From: an uncultured Acidobacteriota bacterium
GTDB lineage: Bacteria; Acidobacteriota; Thermoanaerobaculia; UBA5066
Assembly: GCA_963779415.1 (NCBI GenBank)
Contig: CAVZYA010000001.1
Coordinates: forward strand, 1,600,001 to 1,664,000
Reading direction: 5' to 3'
Length of the DNA stretch: 64,000 nucleotides
Shown here: positions 38,523 to 48,742 of the stretch, piece after piece
Position numbering within the stretch: position 1 is the first letter of the stretch
How the letters are laid out: every line of letters begins with the position of its first letter
Translations under genes and position numbers: made by a program
The notes under the pieces: model-generated
Database searches by the model: none
Seen by the model: only the letters and a program-made list of their open reading frames with translations
What the model was told of the DNA's origin: nothing

Positions 38523-38960
38523 CTATACCCGGAGGTCGTCGGGACGCCAGCTCTTGATCCGCTTCTTGATCTCCTCGCGGGGGAGCTTCTCGTCCAGCGC
38601 CTGCTTCACGAGGTCGGCCACTTCCCCGTCCGACGCGAAGCGGAGACCGATGAGCTGGTCCACGGCCAGCTCGCCGATCCGCGAGCGGAGCGGCTCGGGA
38701 AGGAGCTGCTGGAGCCGGAGGCGTTCCTCGAGCCGTATGACGCGGTCCTGGACCTTCAGCGCGTAGAGCCGCTCCTTGAAGAGAAGGACGAGAGCCGCCG
38801 CGAAAACGACGAAGATCCAGAGGGTCGTCAAGCCCGGGCTCTTCACGAGCTGCCAGAGCGCGACGAGCAGCGAGATCCCGAAGACCCCGAAAGCGAAGAC
38901 GTGAAAGATCGGGTCGTAGCGGCGATGATTCGCATAGGACTGCGGAACGTCTTGGGCCAT
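38523..38960 (-). CDS. DUF6526-family membrane protein
   Basis: QSYANH.RY.P.FH, two TMs, LKVQDRVIRLEERLR, LRFASD.E, IK.W..D..RV. Confidence 0.75.
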   Translation of the reverse strand: MAQDVPQSYANHRRYDPIFHVFAFGVFGISLLVALWQLVKSPGLTTLWIFVVFAAALVLLFKERLYALKVQDRVIRLEERLRLQQLLPEPLRSRIGELAVDQLIGLRFASDGEVADLVKQALDEKLPREEIKKRIKSWRPDDLRV

Positions 38961-39024
38961 GAAGGAAGTCTACAGAAAGGTCTTTTTTCTTGGCGACGAA
39001 TGAAGCGCCGCGTAGGATTTCCCC

Positions 39025-40218
39025 ATGCCGATCCAGAGGCTCGTGAAGCCCCGGCGGGAGTGGGCCCATCCGGACCGGACCATCCGGGCTTCCGCGACGA
39101 CCGGTTTTCTTCTCGTCCACCTTCTGGCCCTCGGCGTCTTCGTCGTCGGCTTCTCGTGGACCGGCGTCGCCCTCTGCCTCGGCTCGTACACCCTCCGGAT
39201 GTTCGCCATCACGGCGGGCTTCCACCGCTACTTCGCCCACCGGACATACCGGCTCGGACGGACTCCCCAGTTCCTGCTCGCGTTTCTCGCCCAGACCTCC
39301 GCCCAGAAGGGGGTCCTCTGGTGGGCCGCTCACCACCGGCACCATCACAAGTGGTCGGACACGCCGAAGGACATCCACAGCCCGATTCAGGACGGCTTCT
39401 GGTGGAGCCACATCGGCTGGATCCTTTCGGGGCAGTTCGACGAGACGAACCTCTCCCTGATTCCGGACTTCGCGAAGTTTCCGGAGCTTCGCTGGCTGGA
39501 CCGGAACCAGTACGCCCCCGTCCTCGTCTACGCGCTCGCGACGTGGGCCTTCTTCGGCTGGACCGGCCTCTTCTGGGGCTTCTTCCTCTCCACCGTCTTC
39601 CTCTGGCACGGCACCTTCTGCATCAACAGCCTCACGCACGTCTTCGGCCGGCGGGTCTTCCCGACGGGAGACACGAGTCGGAACAGCTTCCTCCTCGCCC
39701 TCGTCACGATGGGAGAGGGGTGGCACAACAACCATCACTACTACCCTTCCTCGGCGGCTCAGGGTTTCCTCTGGTGGCAGATCGACCCGTCGTACTACCT
39801 CCTCTGGCTGCTCGCGCGGGTCCGGCTCGTCCGGGGGCTCCGCCCCGCGCCCTCCCCCACCGCGACCGCGACCGCCCTGGCGGCCGCGCGGACGCGGCTC
39901 GAGGTGGCCGGCGATGAGATGGCCGAGCGGATCGAGAGCCTCTCGAAGCGGTGGGACGAGCTGGCCGATCGGGCCCGTGCCTCCGCGCAGGAGGCGGTGG
40001 CCGACCTCGAAGAGGCCAGGCGAAACGCCGTCCGGCGGCTCGAGGCCCTGCAGGCGGAATACAGCGCGGCGCTGAAGCGCGCGGGGAGCCGGGCCGAGAA
40101 GCGGCTCACGGCGACGCGCGAGGAGATCGAATTCACGCGCGCGCACCTCGCGGAGGTCCTGGCGAGCCTCGTCGAGACGGCCGAGAGGGCGCTCGCGCCT
40201 CCGACCCTCCCCGCCTGA
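39025..40218 (+). CDS. Acyl-CoA/acyl-lipid delta-9 desaturase with coiled-coil C-terminal extension
   Basis: His boxes HRYFAH, HRHHH, HNNHH; INSLTH; GEGW. Confidence 0.92.
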   Translation: MPIQRLVKPRREWAHPDRTIRASATTGFLLVHLLALGVFVVGFSWTGVALCLGSYTLRMFAITAGFHRYFAHRTYRLGRTPQFLLAFLAQTSAQKGVLWWAAHHRHHHKWSDTPKDIHSPIQDGFWWSHIGWILSGQFDETNLSLIPDFAKFPELRWLDRNQYAPVLVYALATWAFFGWTGLFWGFFLSTVFLWHGTFCINSLTHVFGRRVFPTGDTSRNSFLLALVTMGEGWHNNHHYYPSSAAQGFLWWQIDPSYYLLWLLARVRLVRGLRPAPSPTATATALAAARTRLEVAGDEMAERIESLSKRWDELADRARASAQEAVADLEEARRNAVRRLEALQAEYSAALKRAGSRAEKRLTATREEIEFTRAHLAEVLASLVETAERALAPPTLPA

Positions 40219-40262
40219 CCCCCGGGAAGCGCCCCGGCTCCCTCTCCGATAACATCGCGCGC

Positions 40263-41598
40263 ATGAAGGAACTCTCCGCCCTGTTCTCCGAGCACGTGGC
40301 CGAACGGGTCTCGACGGCTTCCCAGGCGCTCTCCGAAACCGGCTTCTCGCGTCTCGTCCTCCACTCGGGCGTCCCGTTCACCTACTACGCGGACGACGCC
40401 GACGCTCCGTTCCACTCGACGCCCCATTTTGCCCACTGGGCGCCCGTCGAGGGCCCGTTCCATCTTCTCGACGTCGTTCCCGGAAAGACGCCCCGTCTCA
40501 TCCGCGTGACGCCGCGCGACTACTGGTACGCCCCTCCCCGCCCCGGCCCCCGACTTCGTCCGCGCGGTCTTCGACGTCGTCGACGTCGAGACTCCCGACG
40601 AGGCGTGGAAGGAAGTCGCGTCGAAGCCGCTGGGGCCCGAGACCGCCTTCGTCGGGTCCGAGGAGCAGACCGCGAAGTCGAAGGGGATCTCCACGGCCGC
40701 CCTGAATCCGAAAGGGCTCGTCGCCCGCCTCGACTGGGAGCGCTCCTACAAGACGCCTTACGAGGTCGCGACGCTCTCGGAGGCGACGGCGAAGGCGACA
40801 CGCGGATACCTCGCGGCCGAGGCGGCGTTCAAGGCGGGCGCCTCGGAGATCGAGATCCACCACGCCTACGTCGCGGCGGTCGGCGATCCGGACGACGCCC
40901 TCCCATACACGACGATCATCGCGCTCGACGAGAGGGCCTCCACCCTTCACTACCACGGCAAGCGCGGGCGCGAAGCCGCCCCCGGAAAGGTCTTCCTGAT
41001 CGACGCCGGAGCCTCCGTGCGGATGTACGGCTCGGACATCACCCGGACGTACGTCTCTCCGAAGACCGATCCGGTCTTCGTGAAGCTTCTCGACGGAATG
41101 AAGGCCCTCCAGAAGCTCCTCGCCGACTCGGCCCGCGCCGGGCGGAGCTACGTCGATCTCCACCGCGAGGCGCACCGGCGGATCGGCGCCCTCCTCGTCG
41201 AGACGAGAATCCTCCGGGTCTCGCTCGACGAGGCGCTGGAGCGGAAGCTGACGCTCCCCTTCTTCCCGCACGGCCTCGGACACTTTCTCGGCGTTCAGGT
41301 GCACGACGTCTCCGGGCGCCAGGCGTCCCGCGAAGGCGGCGTCGCCCCGCCTCCGGAGGACTACCCCTCGCTCCGGACGACGCGGACGATCGAACGGCGG
41401 ATGGTCTTCACGATCGAGCCGGGCCTCTACTTCATCCCGATGCTCCTCGAGCCGTACCGCGCCGGCCGGACCACCGACGCCTTCGACTGGCCCCTCGTCG
41501 ACCGTCTCACCCCCTGCGGCGGCATCCGCGTCGAGGACGACGTTCTCGTCGAGGGAGACCGGGTCCGGAACCTGACGCGGGAGTTCCTGCCGGAGTGA
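40263..41598 (+). CDS. pepQ: Xaa-Pro dipeptidase (prolidase); +1 frameshift in a C-run at ~40536-40539
   Basis: N-terminus resembles PepQ (LHSG..DD...F...P.F..W..DYW). C-terminus has LIDAG..YGSDITRT, PHGLGHFLGVQVHDV, TIEPGLYF, GGIRVEDD. Confidence 0.88.
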
Positions 41599-42662
41599 CG
41601 GGCGTCTCCGCCGTCACCCCCCGTGCCGCCGGCTTTGCGCAGCCGGCCGAGTGGGCGGAGCACCGCGCCGTCTGGATCGCATGGCCGTCGCACGCCGACC
41701 TCTGGGAAGCCACGCTCGAGCCGGTCCGGACGGCGTGGCTCGAGATGGCGGCGGCCGTGGCCGACGTCGACCCGGCGACAGGAGCCGCGCGGGGAGAGCG
41801 CCTCGAAGTGCTCGTTCCGGACGAAGGCCAGGAGAAGGCGGCGCGGCTCCGGATGAAAGGCCTCCCGGCCCGGTTCCACCGGATCCCGTTCGGCGACATC
41901 TGGCTTCGAGACACGGCGCCCGTCTTCGTCCGCGGCGAGGACGGAGTCGCCGCCGTCACCTTCGGATTCAACGGATGGGGCGGGAAGTGGGTCCTTCCGG
42001 ACGACGACCTCGTCTCGGCGCGTGTGGCGCTCGCGGCCCGGATGCGCAGCTTCTCCTTCCCGTGGATTCTGGAAGGAGGATCCGTCGACGTCGACGGCGC
42101 GAGAACCTGCCTGACCACGCGTCCGTGTCTCCTGAATCCGAACCGGAATCCCGGGATGCCGGCGGAGGCCATCGAGGCGGGGCTCCGCGACGCGCTCGGC
42201 TGCGAGACGATCCTCTGGCTCGGCGACGGCCTGAAGAACGATCACACCGACGGACACGTCGACACGATCGCGCGGTTCGTCTCGGAAGGGATTGTCGTCT
42301 GCATGCGCGCGGCCAACGGGAGCGACCCGAACGCCGACGCGCTCCGAACGATCGAGGCCGACCTCAGCTCCTTCCGCGACGCCGCGGGGCGGCGGCTCGA
42401 CGTCGTCGCGGTCCCATCGCCCGGCCTCGTGGAAGGCCAGGACGGCGTTCCTCTGCCGGCGAGCTACGTCAACTTCTTCATCGGAAACCGCGCCGTCGTC
42501 GTCCCGACGTACGGCACCTCGCCCGACGAAGAGGCTCTCCGGGCTCTCGAGCCGCTCTTCCCGGGGCGTCGGGTCGTCGGCGTCCACGCCCGGGACCTCC
42601 TCTCGGGCGGAGGAGCGTGGCATTGCATCACGCAGCAGGAACCGCGAGGATCCGTCCGATGA
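41595..42662 (+). CDS. aguA: Agmatine deiminase
   Basis: QPAEW..H, DIWLRD, FNGWGGK, LEGGS, DHTDGHVD, ASYVNF, GGGAWHCITQQ. GTGA overlap with pepQ. Confidence 0.93.
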   Translation: MTGVSAVTPRAAGFAQPAEWAEHRAVWIAWPSHADLWEATLEPVRTAWLEMAAAVADVDPATGAARGERLEVLVPDEGQEKAARLRMKGLPARFHRIPFGDIWLRDTAPVFVRGEDGVAAVTFGFNGWGGKWVLPDDDLVSARVALAARMRSFSFPWILEGGSVDVDGARTCLTTRPCLLNPNRNPGMPAEAIEAGLRDALGCETILWLGDGLKNDHTDGHVDTIARFVSEGIVVCMRAANGSDPNADALRTIEADLSSFRDAAGRRLDVVAVPSPGLVEGQDGVPLPASYVNFFIGNRAVVVPTYGTSPDEEALRALEPLFPGRRVVGVHARDLLSGGGAWHCITQQEPRGSVR

Positions 42663-43525
42663 CCGCTTCGCAGACCCTGACCGTCGCCGCCGTCCAGTGC
42701 GCGCTCGGGGGGACCGCCGCCGAGAACGTTCCGAAGGTGGAGCGTCTTGTCCGCGAAGCGGCGCGGAGGGGAGCGCAGGTCGTCCTTCCGCCGGAGCTCT
42801 TCGAGGGGCCCTATTTCTGTCGGGAGGAGAAGGACGACTTCTTTGCGTGGGCCCGTCCCGCCGAGGGACACCCCACGATCCGCCGGTTCCAGGAGATCGC
42901 GCGGGAGCTCTCCGTCGCGATCCCCGTCTCCTTCTTCGAGAAGGCGGGGCCCTCCTACTACAACAGCGTCGCGATGGTCGACGCCGGCGGGGAGGTCCTC
43001 GGGATCTACCGGAAGAGCCACATCCCCGACGGACCGGGCTACGAGGAGAAGTTCTACTTCCGCCCGGGCGGGACGGGCTTCGTGGCGTGGCGGACGAAGA
43101 CGGCCGCTCTCGGCGTCGGAATCTGCTGGGACCAGTGGTTCCCCGAATGCGCGAGGGCTCTCGTCCTCGACGGGGCCGACATTCTTCTCTACCCGACGGC
43201 GATCGGGTCGGAGCCGGAGAACCCGTCGCTCGACACGAAGGAGCGGTGGCAGCGCGCGATGTTGGGCCACGCGGTCTGCAACGTCGTCCCCGTCGTCGCG
43301 GCGAACCGGATCGGCGACGAGGGGGGACAGCTCTTCTACGGCTCTTCCTTCATCGCCGACCACGCCGGCGAAAAGATCGCCGAGATGGGGCGTGACGAGG
43401 AAGGGGTGATCGTCGCGGGGGTAGACCTCGCCGCCGCGCGCGCCGCGCGCGCCTCGTGGGGCTTTTTCCGCGACCGGCGCCCCGACCTCTACAGGGTCCT
43501 GACCACGGGCGACGGGACGCGCTGA
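42659..43525 (+). CDS. aguB: N-carbamoylputrescine amidase
   Basis: Nitrilase triad in ELF, YRKSHIPDGPGYEEKFYF and ICWDQWFPE; YPTAIGSEP; RDRRPDLY. ATGA overlap with aguA. Confidence 0.95.
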   Translation: MTASQTLTVAAVQCALGGTAAENVPKVERLVREAARRGAQVVLPPELFEGPYFCREEKDDFFAWARPAEGHPTIRRFQEIARELSVAIPVSFFEKAGPSYYNSVAMVDAGGEVLGIYRKSHIPDGPGYEEKFYFRPGGTGFVAWRTKTAALGVGICWDQWFPECARALVLDGADILLYPTAIGSEPENPSLDTKERWQRAMLGHAVCNVVPVVAANRIGDEGGQLFYGSSFIADHAGEKIAEMGRDEEGVIVAGVDLAAARAARASWGFFRDRRPDLYRVLTTGDGTR

Positions 43526-43535
43526 CTCCTTCCGC

Positions 43536-44411
43536 TCAGAAGACCGCCGCCACCTGAAGCCCGCCCCCGCCCTGGAGAAGAAGGGGCGAGACCATGATCC
43601 GCGCGCCGCCGCCGCGAACGTCCTCTCCGCGCCGCCGCCGCTCGTTGAGCGTGACGACCGATCCACCCACCGCCGTCCCGACCAGCGCGCCGACGACGAC
43701 GTCCGAGGCGTAATGCTGGTTGAGATGAATCCGGGCGAGGCCGACGCAGCCGGCGATGAAGAAGGAGGTCACGCGGACCCACGTCTGATCGTAGTGGCCG
43801 GAGATGACGGCGGCGAGGGCGAAGGCCTGCGCCGTGTGGCCCGAAGGCATCGAGACGTTCCCCGAGAAGGGCTGCGCGTACCACGTCGCGTCCGTGGCGC
43901 TGGGGCGGTACCGCCCCACCGTGTACTTCACCGCCGTCGTGATGATGCCGGGAGCGATGAGGCTGGCGGCGAGCGCGTCCACGACGACGCGGCGGGACTT
44001 GGAATCGTCGAAGCCCCATCCGGCGAGGGCGTACGCCCCGATGACCGCCCACGAGTACTCCGCCCCGAACTTCTCGAGGTAAGTCGCGACGTCGTCCCGG
44101 GACGTCGTCCGGCTCCTCTGCGAAGCCTCGCGGATCGGCTGGTCGAGCCCCAGAACGGTCCCCGTCACGACGGCACCGGAGATCCCGAGCTTCAGCCAGT
44201 CTCCGCCGTCCCACCGGACGGGGGACGTCAGGACGTCGCCCGTGTCGAAGATGATCAGCTTCAGAGCTTCGACGAGGTTCTTGTCCGAGATCGGGGCGGC
44301 CGCGGCTGCGGGCGGGGCCGGAGCGGCCTGCGAAGCCTGAGAGTCCTCGGCGCGAAGCGGCGCGGTGGCGAGAAGGGAGCCGCCGAGCAGGATGGCGAGA
44401 CCTCTTCTCAT
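43536..44411 (-). CDS. PAP2-family phosphatase with signal peptide
   Basis: KYTVGRYRP, MPSGH and ARIHLNQHYASDV motifs. Confidence 0.88.
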   Translation of the reverse strand: MRRGLAILLGGSLLATAPLRAEDSQASQAAPAPPAAAAAPISDKNLVEALKLIIFDTGDVLTSPVRWDGGDWLKLGISGAVVTGTVLGLDQPIREASQRSRTTSRDDVATYLEKFGAEYSWAVIGAYALAGWGFDDSKSRRVVVDALAASLIAPGIITTAVKYTVGRYRPSATDATWYAQPFSGNVSMPSGHTAQAFALAAVISGHYDQTWVRVTSFFIAGCVGLARIHLNQHYASDVVVGALVGTAVGGSVVTLNERRRRGEDVRGGGARIMVSPLLLQGGGGLQVAAVF

Positions 44412-44420
44412 CGAAACATC

Positions 44421-46580
44421 TTACCTCTGCGGGCGCAGCCGCCCGACTCCTTTCTCGGCGAGGAACGTTCCGTCCACGGCCGGGGGGGGCGCGAAGCGCT
44501 CCACGGTCCGGTCGGGCCAGCGGATCGAGATCTCCTTCACCTCGCTGAAGGGACCAAGGCCGAAATGAAGACGTTTGCTCCCGCTGGAGAGGAATCCGCT
44601 CGTCGTCTGGAGCTCCTGCACGAGCCGGCGCCCGTCCGGGAGCGCCACCGTCACGCGCGCGCCGACGGCGGCCCGGTTCGGCCCCGGCTGACGGAGCCAC
44701 ATCGCGAGGTAGTGCTCCCCCGGCCGCCGCGAGCCGAGAAAGAGCGCCTCGGGATGCTGGACGGAGCGGACGTAGACGTCGAGCGAGCCGTCCCCGTCGA
44801 AGTCGGCCAGAACGGCGGCGCGGCCGTTCGAACGGAGCGCGAGACCGTCGAGCCATCCCCGCTCTTCGAAGGACCCGTCGCCCCGGTTCCGGAAGAAGAG
44901 GTGGCGCTCGCTCCCCTGCACGGCCTTCCCCTTCCGGTCGAACGTCTTCGTCCCCGCGATGTAGTCGTCCCAGTAGGCGAGCGTCTCCCACCAGAACTCC
45001 AGCTCGCGGTCCCCCTTCTCTTCGTCGCCCCACATCCCCCCGGCCGCGTAAAGGTCCGGCCGGCCGTCGTCGTCGAGGTCTCCGGCGACGGCGGTCCAGC
45101 ACCAGCCCGCCTTCCCGACCCCGGCGGCTGCCGTCACGTCCTCGAACCGCCCGTCGCCCCTGTTGCGAAGGAGGGAGTTTCCCCGGCACATCTTCTTCAT
45201 CCAGCTCCGGGCGACAGGGAGAAAGAGCCGTCCGGGGAGCGGGAGCGGAAGCCACGGGGCGTCGTGCAGGAAGCCCCACTGCGTGTAGCAGTTCGAGAAA
45301 TGGATGTCGAGCCTCCCGTCCCCGTCGAAGTCTGCGACGGCGGCCGACATGCCGTACCCGCGGTCCTCGGCCCCGGCCCTTCCCGCCACGTCGACGAACC
45401 GCTTGCCTCCCTCGTTGTGGTAGAGGTTCTTCAGCCCGAAGTCGTTCGTCACGACGAGGTCGGGCCACCCGTCGTCGTCGAGGTCCGCGAACTGGGCCGT
45501 CAGCGACCATCGCGTCTCGGCGAGGCCGAAGCGCGCCGTCGCCTCCGTGAAGGTGCCGTCACCGTTGTTCAGGTAGAGCCGGTTCGGTCCGCCGTCGCGC
45601 GCGTCGAAGGGAGGGTCGGGCATCTTCCGGAAGTAGTCCCCCGTCGAGCAGACGAAGAGATCGAGCGTCCCGTTCCCGTCCACGTCCGCGGCCGCCGCGC
45701 CGCGGCTCCGGAAGGTGCTCCGGACGCCGGCACGCTCCGTGACGTCCTCGAACGTCCCGTCGCCGCGATTGTGGAAGAGGTGCGTCGGCCCGAAGTTGTC
45801 GGTCACGAAGAGATCGTCGAAGCCGTCGCCGTCGTAGTCGAAGGCGAGGACACCGGTCGCGGGGACGCCGGCGAGCCCGGCGGCCTCCGTCACGTTCGTG
45901 AAATGGCCGCACCCGTCGTTCCGGTAGAGGATCGACGATCGGCCGTCCGCGACGAAGAGGTCCTCGTGCCCGTCTCCGTCGATGTCGAGAACGGCGACGC
46001 CGGAGCCGGGCCAGATCCCCTCGATCAGATGGTTCACCGCGGAGACATCGGGGTCGCTGCGCTCCGCGCCGAGGCCGGCCTCGGCCGTCGCGTCCCGGAA
46101 GCGGGGATGGCTCTCGCGCCTCTCCACGGCCTGTTTCACCCAGCCGTCGTCGAGAACCTCCGTCCGCTCGCGTCTTCCCCCCGACATCGAGACGCGCACC
46201 GGGACGACCGCCGACCGTTCGACCCGGGCCCCGTCCCGGGCGACGCCGCCGACCGTGAAGGTGACGCGCGCCTCCATGGCGCCGCCGAGATCGCGGGCCG
46301 CCAGCGTGTCGTACTCGACGAAAGCGACGCGGGAGAGGTCCTTTCGCGCCCACGCCACGAGCGTCTCCGTCCCGGTGAGCCCCGGTGTCTCCGGTCGGCC
46401 CGTGCGGGCCGCGAGGCGAAGATCGTCGAGTCCGTCCCGCAGCGCCTCGAGGCGCCGCATCTCCGGCACGAACCGGGCCCGGAGGCGCGTCACCGAGCCG
46501 TTGAACCAGAGCCAGACGGCGCCGGCTCCCAGCGCGGCCGCGAGAATGGCGAGGAGAATCGAACGCCGGCGCGGCCTCAT
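44421..46580 (-). CDS. CRTAC1-like FG-GAP/VCBS repeat protein with ASPIC/UnbV C-terminus
   Basis: Repeated DxDGDGxxDL...LYxNxGDGTFxDVT. C-terminal NRAAVGARV...GFLS..LHFGLG..IRWP. N-terminal TM. Confidence 0.9.
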   Translation of the reverse strand: MRPRRRSILLAILAAALGAGAVWLWFNGSVTRLRARFVPEMRRLEALRDGLDDLRLAARTGRPETPGLTGTETLVAWARKDLSRVAFVEYDTLAARDLGGAMEARVTFTVGGVARDGARVERSAVVPVRVSMSGGRRERTEVLDDGWVKQAVERRESHPRFRDATAEAGLGAERSDPDVSAVNHLIEGIWPGSGVAVLDIDGDGHEDLFVADGRSSILYRNDGCGHFTNVTEAAGLAGVPATGVLAFDYDGDGFDDLFVTDNFGPTHLFHNRGDGTFEDVTERAGVRSTFRSRGAAAADVDGNGTLDLFVCSTGDYFRKMPDPPFDARDGGPNRLYLNNGDGTFTEATARFGLAETRWSLTAQFADLDDDGWPDLVVTNDFGLKNLYHNEGGKRFVDVAGRAGAEDRGYGMSAAVADFDGDGRLDIHFSNCYTQWGFLHDAPWLPLPLPGRLFLPVARSWMKKMCRGNSLLRNRGDGRFEDVTAAAGVGKAGWCWTAVAGDLDDDGRPDLYAAGGMWGDEEKGDRELEFWWETLAYWDDYIAGTKTFDRKGKAVQGSERHLFFRNRGDGSFEERGWLDGLALRSNGRAAVLADFDGDGSLDVYVRSVQHPEALFLGSRRPGEHYLAMWLRQPGPNRAAVGARVTVALPDGRRLVQELQTTSGFLSSGSKRLHFGLGPFSEVKEISIRWPDRTVERFAPPPAVDGTFLAEKGVGRLRPQR

Positions 46581-46590
46581 CCGGCCGTTC

Positions 46591-47307
46591 TCAGTGCTCC
46601 GGGGGCGGGACCGGCGTCTCTCGGACGAAGGGAACGAACCGGACCGGCAGGACGCTCTTCTCCGTATAGCCGCCGCCGAGCCGCGTGATCAGCTTCAGCT
46701 CCTGATAGAAGCCCCCCACCGGGATGACCATCCGTCCCGGCGAGGCGAGCTGTTCGAGGAGCGGAGGAGGGATCCTCTCGGGCGCGGCCGTGACGAGGAT
46801 GCCGTCGAATGGGGCGTGCTCGGGCCATCCCGCGTAGCCGTCGCCCGCCTTCACCTCGGCGTTCGTGATCCCGAGGCTCTTCAGCCGCTCGGCGGCCTCC
46901 TTCGCCAGCTCCGGACGGATCTCGATCGAATAGACCTTCCGGGCGAGGCGCGCGAGAACGGCCGTCTGGTAGCCGGAGCCGGTCCCGATCTCCAGAACGG
47001 TCTCGTCCCCTTTGAGCTTCAGCTGCTCGGTCATGAAAGCGACGATGTAAGGCTGGGAGATCGTCTGGCCGCTTCCGATCGGGAGCGGCCGGTCCTCGTA
47101 CGCGTGAGGGACCTCGGAGGCGGGGACGAAGAGATGGCGCGGGATGTTCCGCATCGCCTCGAGAACGCGTGGATCCTTCACGCCACGAGCGGCGATCTGC
47201 CGCTCCACCATCTCGAGTCGCTTCGGCTCGTTCACGTCAGTGGCCCGGGAACAGCCGGAGATGAGGAGCCCCATCCCGGCGGCAACGGTGAGAATGGCAC
47301 GGCCCAC
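46591..47307 (-). CDS. pcm: Protein-L-isoaspartate O-methyltransferase with lipoprotein-like N-terminus
   Basis: PRHLFVP, AYEDRPLPIGSGQTISQPYIVA, VLEIGTGSGYQTA, GDGYAGWPEHAPFD, VRFVP. Confidence 0.93.
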   Translation of the reverse strand: MGRAILTVAAGMGLLISGCSRATDVNEPKRLEMVERQIAARGVKDPRVLEAMRNIPRHLFVPASEVPHAYEDRPLPIGSGQTISQPYIVAFMTEQLKLKGDETVLEIGTGSGYQTAVLARLARKVYSIEIRPELAKEAAERLKSLGITNAEVKAGDGYAGWPEHAPFDGILVTAAPERIPPPLLEQLASPGRMVIPVGGFYQELKLITRLGGGYTEKSVLPVRFVPFVRETPVPPPEH

Positions 47308-47353
47308 GTCGGGATTCTAGCGAGGGTCATGCCGCCCTCGCGGGAGGACGCCT

Positions 47354-48742
47354 TCAGCCGGGGGGCGGAGGCCCCGTTTCGGGCTCGAACGGCGAGCGCG
47401 ACACGCTCTGGCGGTCGCCCGGCCGCCCGAGGACGAGCGTCATGCGCGAGAAGCGGATCTCCAGGTCGAATTGAGAGAGATACGACATTCCGATGATCCC
47501 GTCCCCGATCGTGTCGCTTCCCTCGTTCACGACGAGGTCCTTGAACCGGACCATGTAGCGGCCGATTCCGAGCGTGATGTCCGAGACCTTCGACCAGGAG
47601 ACCTGCGTCTTGCCGATCCCTTCCAGCGTCACGGGGGCGCTCGGCTTGGAGGACGTGTAGTGGTTCGCCTCGAGCCCTTCGGGGGTCACCATCGTCGGCT
47701 CCGATCCGGTGTCGAGGAGGAAGAGCGACCAGGGCTGGCGGTTGAAGGAGACGCGGACCATCGGCTTCATCCGCTTGAGGAAGAGGTTCTGGTCGGGCCC
47801 GCCTCCCACGACGCCCGACGGAAGGCGGATGGCCTGGAGACGCCGCTCGGACGGTTCGATCCGCCAGTCGAATTCCCTCATGAAGTGGACGCCCAGCACC
47901 CCTTCGGGAGTGAAGAGGCCGAGGGACTCCGTTTCGAACGAGAGGGTGCCGTCCGGCAGGATTCCGAACGGAACGTCCTGGATCGTGAGAGCGCCGATCG
48001 TCAGGCTCCGGGCCCACCCGAAGCGCATCGGGATCTGCTTGTCGTGGAGGCCGCGCGCCGGGGCGACCGCGCCCTCCACCGGCTCGACGCCGAGACGCCG
48101 TGCCGCGGACTCCGTCAGGAGAGACAGGGAGGCCCCGGAGTCGAGGATCATGTCGTTCGTGGCCCGGCCGTTCACCTGGACCGGGAGCCGGATGAGGTTC
48201 GGCTTTCCGAGCCGGAACGGGAGGACGAGCCGCTCTCCGGCCGTGGCCCCACCGTAGATCTTCCGCGCCTCGCCCGAGAGGAGGAACGTGACCCACCCCT
48301 CCGGGATTCCCCGACCCGACAGCCGCGCCGCCTCGGCCCAGCGCGCGGCGTCGCCGAAGTCGCCGCGCCAGTAAGCCGACTGCGAGCGGAGCCACTCCAT
48401 CTCCGCCCGAAGGGACAACCGCTGCGTCCGCGCGATGACCCGACCGGCAAGGAGCTCGGCCGACGGGAAGTCCCCCGACTCCAGCTTCGCCTCGGCGAGA
48501 AGGCGGGCCGCCGTCTCCGGCACCATGTTGCGCCCTCCCTGGCCGGCGAGATAGGCGATCACCTCGGGGATCATTCCCCGCCCCAGCTTCTCCTCGACGT
48601 TGAGCGCGCTGATCGAGTCGGGAACGGCGGGCGGGAGAAGCTCGTGCCGGTAAATCGCGGTCTCCCGCGAGAACGTGCAGGCCGCGAGAAGGAGAAGAGC
48701 CGCCGCCGCGCTCCGGGATCCCGTTCCCCTCAGCACGCACAT
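47354..48742 (-). CDS. Lipoprotein with TPR-like region and two retropepsin-like aspartyl protease domains
   Basis: Lipobox LAAC; ILDSGA...GVLG and LLDTGS...DGIIG. Confidence 0.85.
   Translation of the reverse strand: MCVLRGTGSRSAAAALLLLAACTFSRETAIYRHELLPPAVPDSISALNVEEKLGRGMIPEVIAYLAGQGGRNMVPETAARLLAEAKLESGDFPSAELLAGRVIARTQRLSLRAEMEWLRSQSAYWRGDFGDAARWAEAARLSGRGIPEGWVTFLLSGEARKIYGGATAGERLVLPFRLGKPNLIRLPVQVNGRATNDMILDSGASLSLLTESAARRLGVEPVEGAVAPARGLHDKQIPMRFGWARSLTIGALTIQDVPFGILPDGTLSFETESLGLFTPEGVLGVHFMREFDWRIEPSERRLQAIRLPSGVVGGGPDQNLFLKRMKPMVRVSFNRQPWSLFLLDTGSEPTMVTPEGLEANHYTSSKPSAPVTLEGIGKTQVSWSKVSDITLGIGRYMVRFKDLVVNEGSDTIGDGIIGMSYLSQFDLEIRFSRMTLVLGRPGDRQSVSRSPFEPETGPPPPG

Noticed and set aside
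39951-42662. 903-aa ORF resembling a prolidase-agmatine deiminase fusion
   Set aside because: Artefact: the pepQ frameshift puts its N-terminus in frame with aguA. aguA has its own GTG overlapping the pepQ stop.
44700-46100. Repeated GTCGCCGTC/CCGTCGCC units as a CRISPR or DNA repeat array
   Set aside because: They are the codons of FG-GAP DxDGDG protein repeats. There is no constant repeat-spacer structure and no cas genes.
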